Below, piece after piece: positions 21,348 through 33,550 of a DNA stretch of 64,000 nt. Every line of letters starts with the position of its first letter. Within the stretch, counting starts at the first letter, position 1. Under the pieces are notes generated by a model. The model searched no databases, had not been told where the DNA came from, and saw only the letters and a program-made list of their open reading frames with translations. Made by a program: the position numbers and the translations under genes. Source of the stretch: TPA_inf: Saccharomyces (taxonomy: Eukaryota); NCBI GenBank assembly GCA_000146045.2, contig BK006948.2:64001-128000 (forward strand), read 5' to 3'.

Positions 21348-21358
21348 TAAACATAAAT
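21348..21358 (-). promoter_or_regulatory. Perfect 11/11 ARS consensus sequence (ATTTATGTTTA) in the TRM13/TRM11 convergent gap; candidate replication origin (possibly ARS1509)
   Basis: Reverse complement of taaacataaat is ATTTATGTTTA, matching WTTTAYRTTTW. It sits in an AT-rich gene-free gap flanked by a T15 tract at 21370-21395. Confidence 0.4.
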
Positions 21359-21455
21359 ATAGGTATAGATAAATTGTTCTTCTTTTTTTTTTTTTTTCTT
21401 TAAGAGAAAGAGTAAGTAAATATATCTTAAAATTACAAAGGGCTTATGCATCATT

Positions 21456-22757
21456 TCAGTTAAAATTATTGAAGTACCGCTCCCTGAAATTATCTTTTGA
21501 ACGTTTTATGCCATGATTACTTGATCCATTGAAAGTGCTACCCCTATTAATATAAACCAGTAGTCTCCTTGACCATTTATTGAATTCTTGAACGCAGTTG
21601 TATTTTAGCTCTAGATTTTCGTGCATTGGGACAATAGTTTCAATATTGGCGTCGTTTGCAGTGGGCATCCAGAAGGCTAATCTTCCGCCAATCGGTAATC
21701 TTTCGGAAGAGTATTGTAAAAGATCATCCAGTAATGAATCTAGAGCATACGGTTTTTTGGTTGGAATATAATCGCGACGCAAATATGCCTTTTCACCGTC
21801 AATTTCCATATCTTCCTTGCCTAGAAATCTTTCTGGATCCTTAGCACCTAGGACTTTTATGCTTTCTCTGATACCATATGGAGGATCACACAAAATAGTA
21901 TCAATGACAAGATTGTTTCTTAATGCGTTATTTGTAAAGTCCATGGTCAACACGTCGAGGAATTGAGAACTCTCGCCATATTTTTTGAAGTTGGCCGAAA
22001 TGTTCACTTGAGCACCCTTACCACGAATCATTCTGCCATCTATATCCGAACCAATCACTAAAGAACCAAAATGCCCACCAGCTACCAAAAAGGATCCTGT
22101 ACCTGCAAACGGGTCGTACATTATAGTTCCCGGTTTCACTTGAGCTATATTGGCGCTGACCAACGATAATTCTGCTTCGAAGCTAGTTGTACCTTTATAA
22201 GGTCTTTTCTTCAAATCATATTTCTCCATGGCACTCCTATTGCTCATCTGAACCTGCCTACCAAAATAAATCCTGGTGGGGGTCTTACCACCAACGTTTT
22301 CCGATATTGGTGTGTACTCTTCTATAACAGTGAAAACCTCTTGAGGATGTTTCATATCAATCTTTCCTTCAAAGCCAAGGTAACGGAAAGTTTCAATCTG
22401 CTCTACCCTCTTAGCTTTACTGTTGCCTTTATAGCATTCGAATTCGAACTTAAAAGTGGAATGTTTGAATTTCAATTGCAGATCCTGTTCAAAGTTAGAC
22501 TGACGCTGAATATCTTTATGCAGCTCATCGAGCGTTGTACCCTGCCCCCAATACTCATAAATACCTCTGGTTAAAATAGACCTCTTAATCCAATCCTTTG
22601 CTTGCTGATCATTTTCCAGCTCTACAATAAAGAAAGGGCTATTGGCATCGTACTGCGAAAAGTCTATGGAAAGATTATATAGGTCTGCTAACGATTCCAG
22701 TTCTGCTCTTCTAAAGTTCAAATGAACTTGTACCATATACAGCAGATATTTCTTCAT
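21456..22757 (-). CDS. TRM11: tRNA (guanine10-N2)-methyltransferase catalytic subunit
   Basis: 433-aa ORF with the class-I SAM-MTase motif DPFAGTGS and the DPPYG catalytic motif. Matches remembered Trm11. Confidence 0.88.
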   Translation of the reverse strand: MKKYLLYMVQVHLNFRRAELESLADLYNLSIDFSQYDANSPFFIVELENDQQAKDWIKRSILTRGIYEYWGQGTTLDELHKDIQRQSNFEQDLQLKFKHSTFKFEFECYKGNSKAKRVEQIETFRYLGFEGKIDMKHPQEVFTVIEEYTPISENVGGKTPTRIYFGRQVQMSNRSAMEKYDLKKRPYKGTTSFEAELSLVSANIAQVKPGTIMYDPFAGTGSFLVAGGHFGSLVIGSDIDGRMIRGKGAQVNISANFKKYGESSQFLDVLTMDFTNNALRNNLVIDTILCDPPYGIRESIKVLGAKDPERFLGKEDMEIDGEKAYLRRDYIPTKKPYALDSLLDDLLQYSSERLPIGGRLAFWMPTANDANIETIVPMHENLELKYNCVQEFNKWSRRLLVYINRGSTFNGSSNHGIKRSKDNFRERYFNNFN

Positions 22758-23843
22758 GCTGCCGTTTTTACCTTATATACAATGTGTTTAGTTATGCTAT
22801 TTCATCTCCATATTACGGGTATTAAGACCTCGATGCCCATAATCATCGATTTTTTTCACTTTTCCCACAACGTAAACATTTCTTTTTTCTTCGGAAAAGA
22901 ATCCAAAATACGGGTAATAAAAGTCTCTTAAAGTACTAATAGCTATAGATAACATTATGGAGGCTATTGATATACAAAATACTAAGAAATATAGGTTGCT
23001 GCAAGGAAGAAGATCAAAAACCCTCTAAATTTCGCTTTATCTATCCATCAAAAGTCCGGAGGGTCATGCTATCGAAAACCTATTGACTATAAATATCAAT
23101 TTTTTTATCTCTTCGATTTGTTCTTGAAGATCTTGCGCAGAAGTTGAAAAACAAAGAGTAAATCCTAATGTAGATGCGTGGAAAAAGAAACATGCTCTTA
23201 AGGATCCCAACTTCTTTCTCTTCTAAACATCTATAACCTTGGAAGATCTTGCGAAATACTGGGCGGCTAAATCGAATGCATTTTTAATCTTACCCGGAAA
23301 TACTTTCTTTTTTTTATTTATTTTTTTTCTTGCAGCCCCTCCCTACGAGCAGCGCCGAGATTTCTTGTTGGACAAAGCAAAAAAAGTATAAAAGGCGCAT
23401 GCTTTCCACACGCCCAGGCGCTCTTAAATTTTCTTCCGCTCTCTCCTTTCCGCCACTGTAATTAAAAACAAAGGATTGAACAGTTTCGACTAGTTATTTA
23501 ATTTTGCAGATAGTCAAGTATTAGTACAATATACTGTTATAAATTTTTTACGTGTATCTTTTACTTTTTAGTGTTTAATAACTAAAATCTCATACCTTAC
23601 TAGATTTCTTTCTAACCTTTTTTGCGAAAGAAACAAAAAGAAAAAATACGGACAGAAAAGGTATACTCAATAAACAAGAAATTGAAAAAGCGTGCATAAT
23701 ACAAACAATTGGCCCTTTTTTATTCTGTATTAATATTACTGTTTATATTACAATCTTTTCATAAAAGACGCAAATATTTTATTTATAAAGAACTTTAGCA
23801 GTATACACAAGTCTGAGAAAATAGAGAATAAGTTAAATAAGCA

Positions 23844-25448
23844 ATGAGCTCTGACGAAGAAGATTTCAACGACATCTACGGCGATGATAAGCCTACCACT
23901 ACTGAAGAAGTCAAAAAAGAAGAAGAACAAAATAAGGCTGGCAGTGGTACCTCGCAATTAGATCAACTAGCCGCACTACAAGCATTATCTTCTAGCTTGA
24001 ACAAACTAAATAATCCAAATAGTAACAACAGTAGTAGTAATAATAGTAACCAAGACACATCTTCTAGTAAGCAAGATGGCACTGCGAATGACAAGGAAGG
24101 TTCCAATGAAGACACTAAGAATGAAAAAAAACAAGAAAGCGCTACATCAGCAAATGCCAATGCCAACGCTAGTTCTGCAGGACCTTCTGGCTTACCTTGG
24201 GAACAACTTCAACAAACCATGTCACAATTCCAGCAACCATCTTCTCAATCACCACCTCAACAGCAAGTAACTCAAACCAAAGAGGAACGTTCGAAAGCGG
24301 ATTTGTCTAAAGAAAGTTGCAAGATGTTCATTGGTGGTCTGAATTGGGACACTACGGAAGATAATCTTCGCGAATATTTTGGTAAGTATGGTACCGTCAC
24401 TGATTTGAAAATCATGAAAGACCCTGCAACAGGTAGATCTAGAGGGTTCGGTTTCTTATCTTTTGAAAAACCTTCTAGTGTTGATGAAGTGGTAAAGACA
24501 CAACATATCCTCGATGGTAAAGTTATCGACCCAAAAAGAGCTATCCCAAGAGACGAGCAAGATAAAACCGGTAAAATCTTTGTTGGTGGTATTGGTCCTG
24601 ATGTGAGACCAAAGGAATTTGAAGAATTTTTTTCTCAGTGGGGTACGATTATCGATGCGCAACTGATGTTAGATAAGGATACCGGTCAATCAAGAGGTTT
24701 TGGTTTTGTGACGTATGACTCCGCTGACGCCGTTGACAGAGTTTGTCAGAATAAATTCATCGATTTCAAAGATCGCAAGATCGAAATCAAGAGAGCTGAG
24801 CCAAGACATATGCAACAAAAATCATCAAACAATGGTGGTAACAATGGTGGAAACAACATGAATCGTCGTGGCGGTAACTTCGGTAACCAAGGCGATTTCA
24901 ACCAAATGTATCAAAACCCTATGATGGGCGGTTACAACCCAATGATGAATCCGCAAGCAATGACAGATTACTATCAAAAGATGCAAGAATATTACCAACA
25001 AATGCAAAAGCAAACTGGTATGGATTATACTCAAATGTACCAACAACAAATGCAGCAAATGGCAATGATGATGCCAGGGTTTGCCATGCCACCTAATGCA
25101 ATGACTTTAAACCAACCACAGCAAGATTCAAATGCCACTCAAGGTTCCCCAGCACCTTCTGATTCCGATAATAATAAATCCAATGACGTCCAAACTATTG
25201 GTAATACATCAAACACTGACTCTGGTTCACCGCCATTGAATTTACCTAATGGTCCAAAGGGCCCATCACAATACAATGATGACCACAATAGCGGTTATGG
25301 CTACAACCGTGATCGCGGTGATCGTGATCGTAACGATCGTGACCGCGATTACAATCACCGTAGTGGTGGAAACCATAGAAGAAACGGCCGTGGTGGTCGC
25401 GGTGGATACAATAGACGTAATAATGGCTACCATCCATATAATAGGTAA
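23844..25448 (+). CDS. HRP1: hnRNP-like cleavage factor IB subunit with two RRMs and a C-terminal N/Q/M-rich prion-like domain and RGG/RD repeats
   Basis: 534-aa ORF containing two RRM domains (KMFIGGLNWDT... and KIFVGGIGPDV...). Matches remembered Hrp1/Nab4. Confidence 0.9.
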   Translation: MSSDEEDFNDIYGDDKPTTTEEVKKEEEQNKAGSGTSQLDQLAALQALSSSLNKLNNPNSNNSSSNNSNQDTSSSKQDGTANDKEGSNEDTKNEKKQESATSANANANASSAGPSGLPWEQLQQTMSQFQQPSSQSPPQQQVTQTKEERSKADLSKESCKMFIGGLNWDTTEDNLREYFGKYGTVTDLKIMKDPATGRSRGFGFLSFEKPSSVDEVVKTQHILDGKVIDPKRAIPRDEQDKTGKIFVGGIGPDVRPKEFEEFFSQWGTIIDAQLMLDKDTGQSRGFGFVTYDSADAVDRVCQNKFIDFKDRKIEIKRAEPRHMQQKSSNNGGNNGGNNMNRRGGNFGNQGDFNQMYQNPMMGGYNPMMNPQAMTDYYQKMQEYYQQMQKQTGMDYTQMYQQQMQQMAMMMPGFAMPPNAMTLNQPQQDSNATQGSPAPSDSDNNKSNDVQTIGNTSNTDSGSPPLNLPNGPKGPSQYNDDHNSGYGYNRDRGDRDRNDRDRDYNHRSGGNHRRNGRGGRGGYNRRNNGYHPYNR

Positions 25449-25691
25449 AAAAAAAGAAAAGTGTAGAAAACTAGAGAAAAGTTTTCTTGTATAATTCAAC
25501 AACCCTTCTATTAAATAAGCATAAGCAATTTATAATATATATATACATGTACGTGTATTAGTTTCGAATAGTTATTATTTTTTTTTCACTATGCTAGAAT
25601 GTATAATCACAAGCTCTACTTGAAGTACAGCTGTCATAAAGCTTACAAATAATCTTAATGTTATTGTGCGCAAGAATGTAAGAGGCAGACA

Positions 25692-27419
25692 TTAACTGAT
25701 ATCACCATGAGACATGCCTAATTGAACAATGGCATAAACGTTCAGTAAAGATAAGAAAAGCCACACAATTATAGCAATAACAGTGATAATCCAATTGTTT
25801 GCCATATAAACGATTTTGACATCTTTTCCATTTTCTATCTCCATGCCACTAGAACCATCTTGCTCGATTACGCTACCTGCAGATCTATCGTTGTTATTTT
25901 GATGGTTATGGCTATCTTCTTCAGTATGGTCGACGGTAATTTCGGTTTTCATGATTGATTTTTTACATGTGAAGAAAATTAAAGGTGCTACCAAAAATGG
26001 CAGAACTATGGATAAAACAACTTGGGAAGCATTTAAGGCCTTTGATAAAGCTTCTCTACCGATACAGATAGAGATGACCAAACAAGGGATTATCGAAATA
26101 CATCTAGTGGCCAATCTTCTTTGCCATGGCTGCAACTTCCAATTAATATGACCCTCACTTACAATTTGACCCGACATAGTACACACTACACCTGCGGATT
26201 GACCACTTAATAAAAGTGCGAGCATGAAAATCGTACCTGCTGCGGGTGCCAGATTTCTTGATAATAATTCATGAATAGTAAACAAATCTGCCCCATCTGC
26301 TTCTGGTGAGTTATATAGAGTGGAGCCCGCAACAACTAGGATGGCACAATTGACGAAAAGCGCTAGGGTGAAGAGAGTTATGCTTAATTCGACCATAGAA
26401 TATTTCATGCAATATTTGATAGCAGCGTTCGTGGGTCTATAATTAAAATATTTTTCTTCCATAATCTCTTCAGTGGATTTAGATTTTTTCACTTTATCTT
26501 GTTCTTCAGAAACAGTATAATTACCGTGTTTAACGTCATAATCTAAAAGCCTTGGCTGCACTAAAGCGGAACCCAAAAACAACGAATGTGGCATAACAGT
26601 AGCACCTAAGATGGAAATAGCGGTATAAATACCATTGTGGTCAAACATTTGGGCAGATGGCACAAATCCTCTGAACACTTGTTTAACGGACGTACTCTTC
26701 GGGATATAAGCCAATTCTATTGCGAAACAAATGCACACGCCAACAACTAATACTGCAACAAAACATTCAAATATTCTAATGAACCTAATTGATGACGCAC
26801 CAGGTTTATATGTAAACATAATCAAAAACACATCCACAACAGTAATGGCCACGCCCGCTGGAAGGGGCACTTTGATCAGGATATTCAAGGCAATCGCTGT
26901 ACCAATCACTTCAGCTATATCGGTGGCTATAACGGCACATTCTGCAAAAAAATACAATGTCCAGTTGAGCCACCGTGGTAAATACTCTCTGCAAGCTCGA
27001 CTTAGATCTAGTCCCGTAACGGAACCCAACTTGATACACAGACATTGCAAAAATATGGCAATAAAGTTTGATAACAAAATGATACAAAGTAGGGAAAATT
27101 GATTAGAGGCACCTGCATCGACGGCAGTAGAGTAATTACCGGGATCGATGTAAGCCACACTAACCATCAATCCAGGTCCAATGAACTTCAAGTATTTAGC
27201 AAAAATATCTCTCATTACCTGCCTTTTAGAAACATACGTATCCTCTCTTTCATGGTTACTAGAGCTACTGGTAAAAGTTCTTACCGGGGCTTCACCCTCA
27301 ATTACCACTGTAGAATCTTTCTTATCCCTCAGTTCGAATACTTCTTCTGAAATATTTCTTTTGCGGGCTTCGCTAGCATCCACAGCAACTGCAGCATGAG
27401 AAGGACCAACGTTCACCAT
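25692..27419 (-). CDS. SMF1: Nramp-family divalent metal (Mn2+) transporter
   Basis: 575-aa ORF with about 11 TM helices and Nramp signature motifs. Matches remembered Smf1. Confidence 0.88.
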   Translation of the reverse strand: MVNVGPSHAAVAVDASEARKRNISEEVFELRDKKDSTVVIEGEAPVRTFTSSSSNHEREDTYVSKRQVMRDIFAKYLKFIGPGLMVSVAYIDPGNYSTAVDAGASNQFSLLCIILLSNFIAIFLQCLCIKLGSVTGLDLSRACREYLPRWLNWTLYFFAECAVIATDIAEVIGTAIALNILIKVPLPAGVAITVVDVFLIMFTYKPGASSIRFIRIFECFVAVLVVGVCICFAIELAYIPKSTSVKQVFRGFVPSAQMFDHNGIYTAISILGATVMPHSLFLGSALVQPRLLDYDVKHGNYTVSEEQDKVKKSKSTEEIMEEKYFNYRPTNAAIKYCMKYSMVELSITLFTLALFVNCAILVVAGSTLYNSPEADGADLFTIHELLSRNLAPAAGTIFMLALLLSGQSAGVVCTMSGQIVSEGHINWKLQPWQRRLATRCISIIPCLVISICIGREALSKALNASQVVLSIVLPFLVAPLIFFTCKKSIMKTEITVDHTEEDSHNHQNNNDRSAGSVIEQDGSSGMEIENGKDVKIVYMANNWIITVIAIIVWLFLSLLNVYAIVQLGMSHGDIS

Positions 27420-28025
27420 TTTGACCTAATTGAGAAAGTTAGTTTTTCTGCTGATATATATCTTTCTACCTATTCATGAAATATTAATATGCTCGCACAA
27501 TGATGAGCAGCCAAATATTATTCTATGTATATTTATATTGCAGCATCAAATCACCCCGGCGGAGTTAACAAATCCTAAATTAGAAAAAACTGTTGCATTT
27601 AGGGACGCTAGGGTCCACGTAGTACGTCGAAATATTTTCGGCACAGGAATGCGAACAGGATTGATTCCGATGATTTAACATCTAAGCAAGCTGGTTTCTG
27701 GCGCGCATTACTACTACAGAAGTACTCTGTACTATTCTAAGTTTACGGCTGTCGTTTAAACAACGCTCCTTCCAAGCTACTGGCGTTGCGGTTACTATAT
27801 GCAGTAAAAAAAATTACTGGCTAGCCAAATAAAGAAGAAAATCGGCCAACAAAATTGAAGAAGAAAGTAGAACTGAGAAGAGCGCGTTAACAAGGCTCTT
27901 CAAACCATGTGACACCAAACTTCGCAATAGGATTCCCCTCCTCGTTGTAGCTTTTAAACTTTATTATTACTTGTATGATGATAATTGTAGTAGTAGTATA
28001 TATATATAAATTATAGATTTTATAT

Positions 28026-28850
28026 TTATTCGTCTTCTTCCAAAGTTTGAGCGGCAATACGATCCAAATCTCTTTGACCGTTTTCAGAGATTCTTCTACC
28101 ACCCTTTGGAGAGATTTCGACGATACCAATCTTTTCCAAAGCTTGCAAAACCTTTCTGTTGATAGAACCGGAAGCGTCAATGTGCTTGTATGGTCTAACA
28201 CCTCTGCTCTTGGCACCACCGTATAATTTGTTCAATTTACCAACACCAACTTGTTTTCTCATGTAAATGTGTCTGGCAACAGAGGCAGCACGCTTGTAGA
28301 ACCAACCTTCGGCATCTTGTGGTGGCATTTCGTTACCAGAAGAGGTCTTGACAATGTCAACGTAACCTGGAACTTCTAGCTTACCTTGTCTTTGCAAGAA
28401 AGAAGCGTAAGCATTAATGAAATCTTGAGCAGCAACGTCTCTGTAGAAAACAAAATCAAAACAAAAAAGTTATTGTTAGTAAATGATACAGTTTAAAAAA
28501 AATACTTTCATTAACCATTACGTTTCATGAGAACTTATCGGAAGGAATTGAAATCCTAGTAATAACAAAGAGCAAATAGCACCACTACCCTTAATCTCCC
28601 TCTTCTTCCATATATTTACACATTGCACTCATTCGCGAAATTTGATCAATATTTTGTTTCAATTATTATGGGACAGTTGATATATCATTGATTTAACCAT
28701 GGGTGCTATTTAACTTGACGAAGAAGTACTTTGCTTGCGTGTCTATGCTGCTGGAATGACTGCGTTTTATTTCCATCTAACCACTCGAAACATATAGTAA
28801 TAATCATTATGATATGTCATTTTTACGTACCTAACGGAAACACCTGGCAT
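28026..28850 (-). CDS. RPS19A: Ribosomal protein S19 (eS19), split gene: exon1 28831-28850, intron about 28440-28830, exon2 28026-28439
   Basis: Minus-strand ATGCCAGGTGTTTCCGTTAG is followed by GTACGT. TACTAAC is the reverse complement of 28476-28482, and acceptor tttctacAG lies at about 28440. The spliced product is MPGVSVRDVAAQDFINAYASFLQRQGKLEVPGY..., equal to remembered Rps19 (144 aa). The ORF-track entry 28026-28397 is the exon-2 portion. Confidence 0.88.
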
Positions 28851-29084
28851 TTTTACTCTATTTGTCGATCGTATCACTTCGCTTTCAAGCTAAAATATTA
28901 ATAAACGCACCGGGGTATTAGATATACAACCCATAGTTTTCTTCATTTCACCTATATCTTTCCGGTATCTCAATAGGGCTTTTGCAAACAAGGCCGAACC
29001 TCACATTGAAAAATTTCACGGCGTTCTGCAATCCCGATCATAAGAAATGTAAAAAAATAAAAGGCCGCCAGAACGGTTTTATAT

Positions 29085-29124
29085 AAATGTACGGGTTGAA
29101 CGAACGTCACATGTGTACGGATGT
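29085..29124 (-). promoter_or_regulatory. Two tandem Rap1-like sites upstream of RPS19A
   Basis: Reverse complements AACCCGTACATTT (29085-29100) and ACATCCGTACACA (29108-29124) each match ACACCCRYACAYM at 12 of 13-14 positions. They lie 235-275 bp upstream of the ATG, the typical paired arrangement of RP promoters. Confidence 0.45.
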
Positions 29125-29394
29125 AGTTGTGTCACGGTATCATGGTTAGAGACACAGTATATGAAGATTGAAAACGGAAGAATTTATTATGAAAGTTTTC
29201 AACTATGGTCTAGCCTATTGATGGTGTAGCAAATATTCTAGTGTTAACTTTGACTCACTTTATGAACTAAATGCGTTATTGATCGCCAGTAAAAATTATG
29301 TAGTTTGAAAGAAACGATTGAAAGTGTATGTAGTTTATGAATTACAAATGAGTAACAATAAAAAAGTAAATATGAAATTTTCATTTCAGTTAAC

Positions 29395-30492
<1,098 letters not shown>

Positions 30493-30669
30493 TCATACAA
30501 TATTCCTTGAGGAACCAGAATCTCACGGCAGCACCAAGTCAGAGAGAGTGCGTGTGTTGGAGCGAAATTTCCACTGTAATCTCCAGCAAGAAAAAAATTT
30601 CATTCTGAATTAGAAAAAAAAAAAAATAGAATTAACACCCATGCATTATTGTCTTCGGTAAAAAAATTC

Positions 30670-30682
30670 ATATCCGTACACC
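30670..30682 (+). promoter_or_regulatory. Rap1-like site (ATATCCGTACACC) about 270 bp upstream of RPL18A
   Basis: 12 of 13 match to ACAYCCRTACAYM. Confidence 0.3.
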
Positions 30683-30815
30683 ACATAAGATATGTAGAAA
30701 ACAGTCTTCGAAATTATGAATTCTTGGCATGACGCTAAATATGTATATATGTATATATGCTTTAGAGTTTTTAAAGCTAGATCGACTATATAGCCACATA
30801 GGTATCAACGAAATA

Positions 30816-30829
30816 CCCCCCCCCCCCCC
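30816..30829. repeat. Poly(dC)14 homopolymer tract in the MCH4/RPL18A intergenic region
   Basis: aaataCCCCCCCCCCCCCCtattgg read directly. A C/G run this long is unusual in yeast. Confidence 0.85.
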
Positions 30830-30855
30830 TATTGGAACGCTTCTGAACGCTGACC

Positions 30856-32361
30856 TTAAAACTTACAAAGCTTCGCACCAACGCAAATATGCCTTGATAT
30901 TATATAACATGCCGCACCTGCCGCCATTAACGCTGAATTGAATATTATAAAATGGTTATAATTTGCAACTGTACCTTTACCGATTAAGGTACCGCCGATA
31001 GGTAAAACCGGAATCGTTACCAACGCTTGCAATAGATATACCGTTGCATAACGTTTACCAAAATCAGTAGTTTTAGATATCTGCCCGATGCAAACGGGTG
31101 TCAGTGATAGGATAGAACCCGTCGAAAACCCCCACAAACAAACGTACGCCCAAAGTACCTTTGTATTACCGCCAAATGGCAGCCACATGACAAAATTAAA
31201 TAAGGCAGCCATTGAAATGGTGATAATTTCTACATTGAATCTCCCGATGAACTTATCCGCAAAATAGCCTGGTATATACCTTCCAAGTATACCAACAGCA
31301 TTCGAAGCAGTGATCATGGTATAAGCAACATTTTCTGTGTTTCCTCTTGTCATAGAATAAGATGCTAAATATGTAGCGCATGAAGTTAGGGAACTTTCTG
31401 CAAAAGAAGCGCCTATTGCGACGAACAAGAATTTTCCTTCCAAAAAATATCTCCAATTGAACACAGAGGAAATGTACCACTTTGCTACTTCCGCCTTGGA
31501 TTTGAATGGTTGAACGACCGGTTTAGTTCTTTCTCTAGCCAAAACTGAAGCACAAATGAGGCATGTTAAACAAATGAATGATAGGATTCTAATGGCCCAT
31601 TGAAAGCCCACTTCTTTATATAACTTTCTCAGCATAATAGGGAAAACTATACCCCCTATTGAACCCCCCATGGTACTTATAGATGTTGCTATACCCCTTC
31701 TTTTTAAAAACCAGGTTGCAACAGTTCCTATCAGAGGAGTCATTAAAATTCCCGTCCCAAGTCCAGAGCACACAGAAAATGCCAAAATGAACTGCCATAC
31801 GGACTTACAATTTGCCAATGCGAATAGTCCTCCAGCATATATGACTGTACCTGTGCACATCAAACCAATACTACCATTTCTATCAAAATAGCCACCGGAT
31901 AATATACAGCTTAAAAAGCTGATAGCTAAGTATAGGGAAAAAATCCAAGATATTGTTGAAGAAGATATATTTGCCAATTGATGTTTAGAGATATATGATT
32001 CAATAGCCCCTAAGGAGTTGATTAAGCCAAAAACCGGGACCAGTCCCATAAACGCACCAAATACTACCAGCCATGCTTTTAACCCACCATCTGGGAACTC
32101 TCTGTCATCATCATAAATCAAAGAGGCCTCTGGGGTGTTTAAAACTCTTGAGGTGACGTTCGTTAACTTATTAACGTCAAGATCTACTTGATCGCTGTTC
32201 TTTTTCAAAATCGCGTCCGCTGCATTGAAGTTTGGATTATATCCTGAACTTGGGCCCTCCCTTGTCTCCAGCTCCACATCGTGATCTCTCGTAGATTGCG
32301 CTTCGTGATCCTTTGAGAACAGGAACCTCTTGGAGTTAGCAATTATGGGAATGTTCAACAT
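30856..32361 (-). CDS. MCH4: Monocarboxylate-transporter-homologue family MFS permease
   Basis: 501-aa 12-TM ORF matching remembered Mch4 in length and position. Confidence 0.82.
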
Positions 32362-32607
32362 CCTCCGTTTGTTAAGTTTATGAAAAGCTCTTTCAATATG
32401 GTTACAAATAAAACAGAATCAATACTTTCGAGGTTATTTGCCGTGTGCCAAGGAATATTTTCCTTCTCTGAAATAGGCCTTTTGTTATATTTTAGATTCG
32501 CCTGTGACTCTTTGCCATCTCGCCTGTTAATTACCGCTCATAGGCACGGCTGACTAATTTGAAGCTATCGAAATTGCTATAAAAGGAAAACTCTCTTATC
32601 ATCAAGA

Positions 32608-32916
32608 TCAGGCGGATCTCCTGAGTTTCTGACCTATAGAGCCCCAAAAAATGGGATGACATGTACATATATAGTGGTCAACGTTAATATGAGTGGCCTC
32701 CCAATGGTACAGATGAAAGAAAAATTTGTTTTTGGCTGTACGGAATTGCTTCGTATAGAAGAAGGTCTTATCTTTCATACGTGCTTTTATGTACTGGTTC
32801 TTGCATCCAATCATCCTTATTAGTGTTTTCGTGCGGTCAATATAGCTCATTATGGAGTCGTTTATAATAAATTGACTACCCGCTGGAGGTTTGAGTTTTT
32901 TCTTTCTAAAAGACAT
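32608..32916 (-). CDS. Small uncharacterised ORF (YOL118C), 102 aa
   Basis: 102-aa ORF at the remembered position of YOL118C. No recognisable domain and weak coding character. Confidence 0.35.
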   Translation of the reverse strand: MSFRKKKLKPPAGSQFIINDSIMSYIDRTKTLIRMIGCKNQYIKARMKDKTFFYTKQFRTAKNKFFFHLYHWEATHINVDHYICTCHPIFWGSIGQKLRRSA

Positions 32917-33550
32917 TCAAGATCATACGGGGGGTAGACAACTCAGCCGTTTCCGGTAGTTATAGTCCATCAAGTGTTACCATAATACGACTGTAAAATT
33001 AGCCAATTCCTCGATGTCAAACATCCATTTATATACTGAGAAAATCTTTTATAGATGCCGCTTTTACTGCGACTAGAATTTCATCTATCGCACAATAGAA
33101 CGTTTTCTTCTAGGTTACTTGCTTTAGATAACTAATTCCTCGAAAGCAGTGACAGTGATCTTACACTTTCTGGATTTCATTATGGGAATGTCGAGTTTGA
33201 GATTCGAGTTTTATATGATGGCAACAAGATTGCACAAACTTACTTTCTTACCTTTTTCAAATTTGATCTCTTAATACACACTAAGTATATAATGAGTATA
33301 ACATTTGTGCATGTATGAGAGTAGTGGCCCATATATGATAACACTGGCGAAAGTACTCTGTAGCTAAATGCCAGGTTGGCACGTTTTTCTCGTTTGCCCA
33401 AAGTGCAGCTCCTTTTCGAAGAAATTTATCTGGTCCTCGCTGAAAAATATTATAAGGGGAGCTGGATCAATTGTTTTGTGATCTCTTTGACTAAATGAAC
33501 TATTGAAACGTTTGACGCGGTAAAAGGCAAAAAGGTTCACTATACACAAA

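Noticed and set aside
25246-25502. Three overlapping ORFs rich in T/V/I or H/D/R at the HRP1 3' end
   Set aside because: They are alternative-frame readings of the reiterated cgtgatcg repeat that encodes the Hrp1 RD/RGG tail.
28300-28340. Apparent 1-nt frameshift in RPS19A exon 2 near 28320 when I translated by hand (ggcatcttgt|tggtgg)
   Set aside because: The ORF track, computed from the sequence itself, reports an uninterrupted ORF 28026-28397 with the expected Rps19 sequence. I attribute the discrepancy to my miscounting of a homopolymer or line boundary, so I make no pseudogene call. A similar plus-or-minus 1-nt ambiguity applies to some of my hand-derived coordinates.
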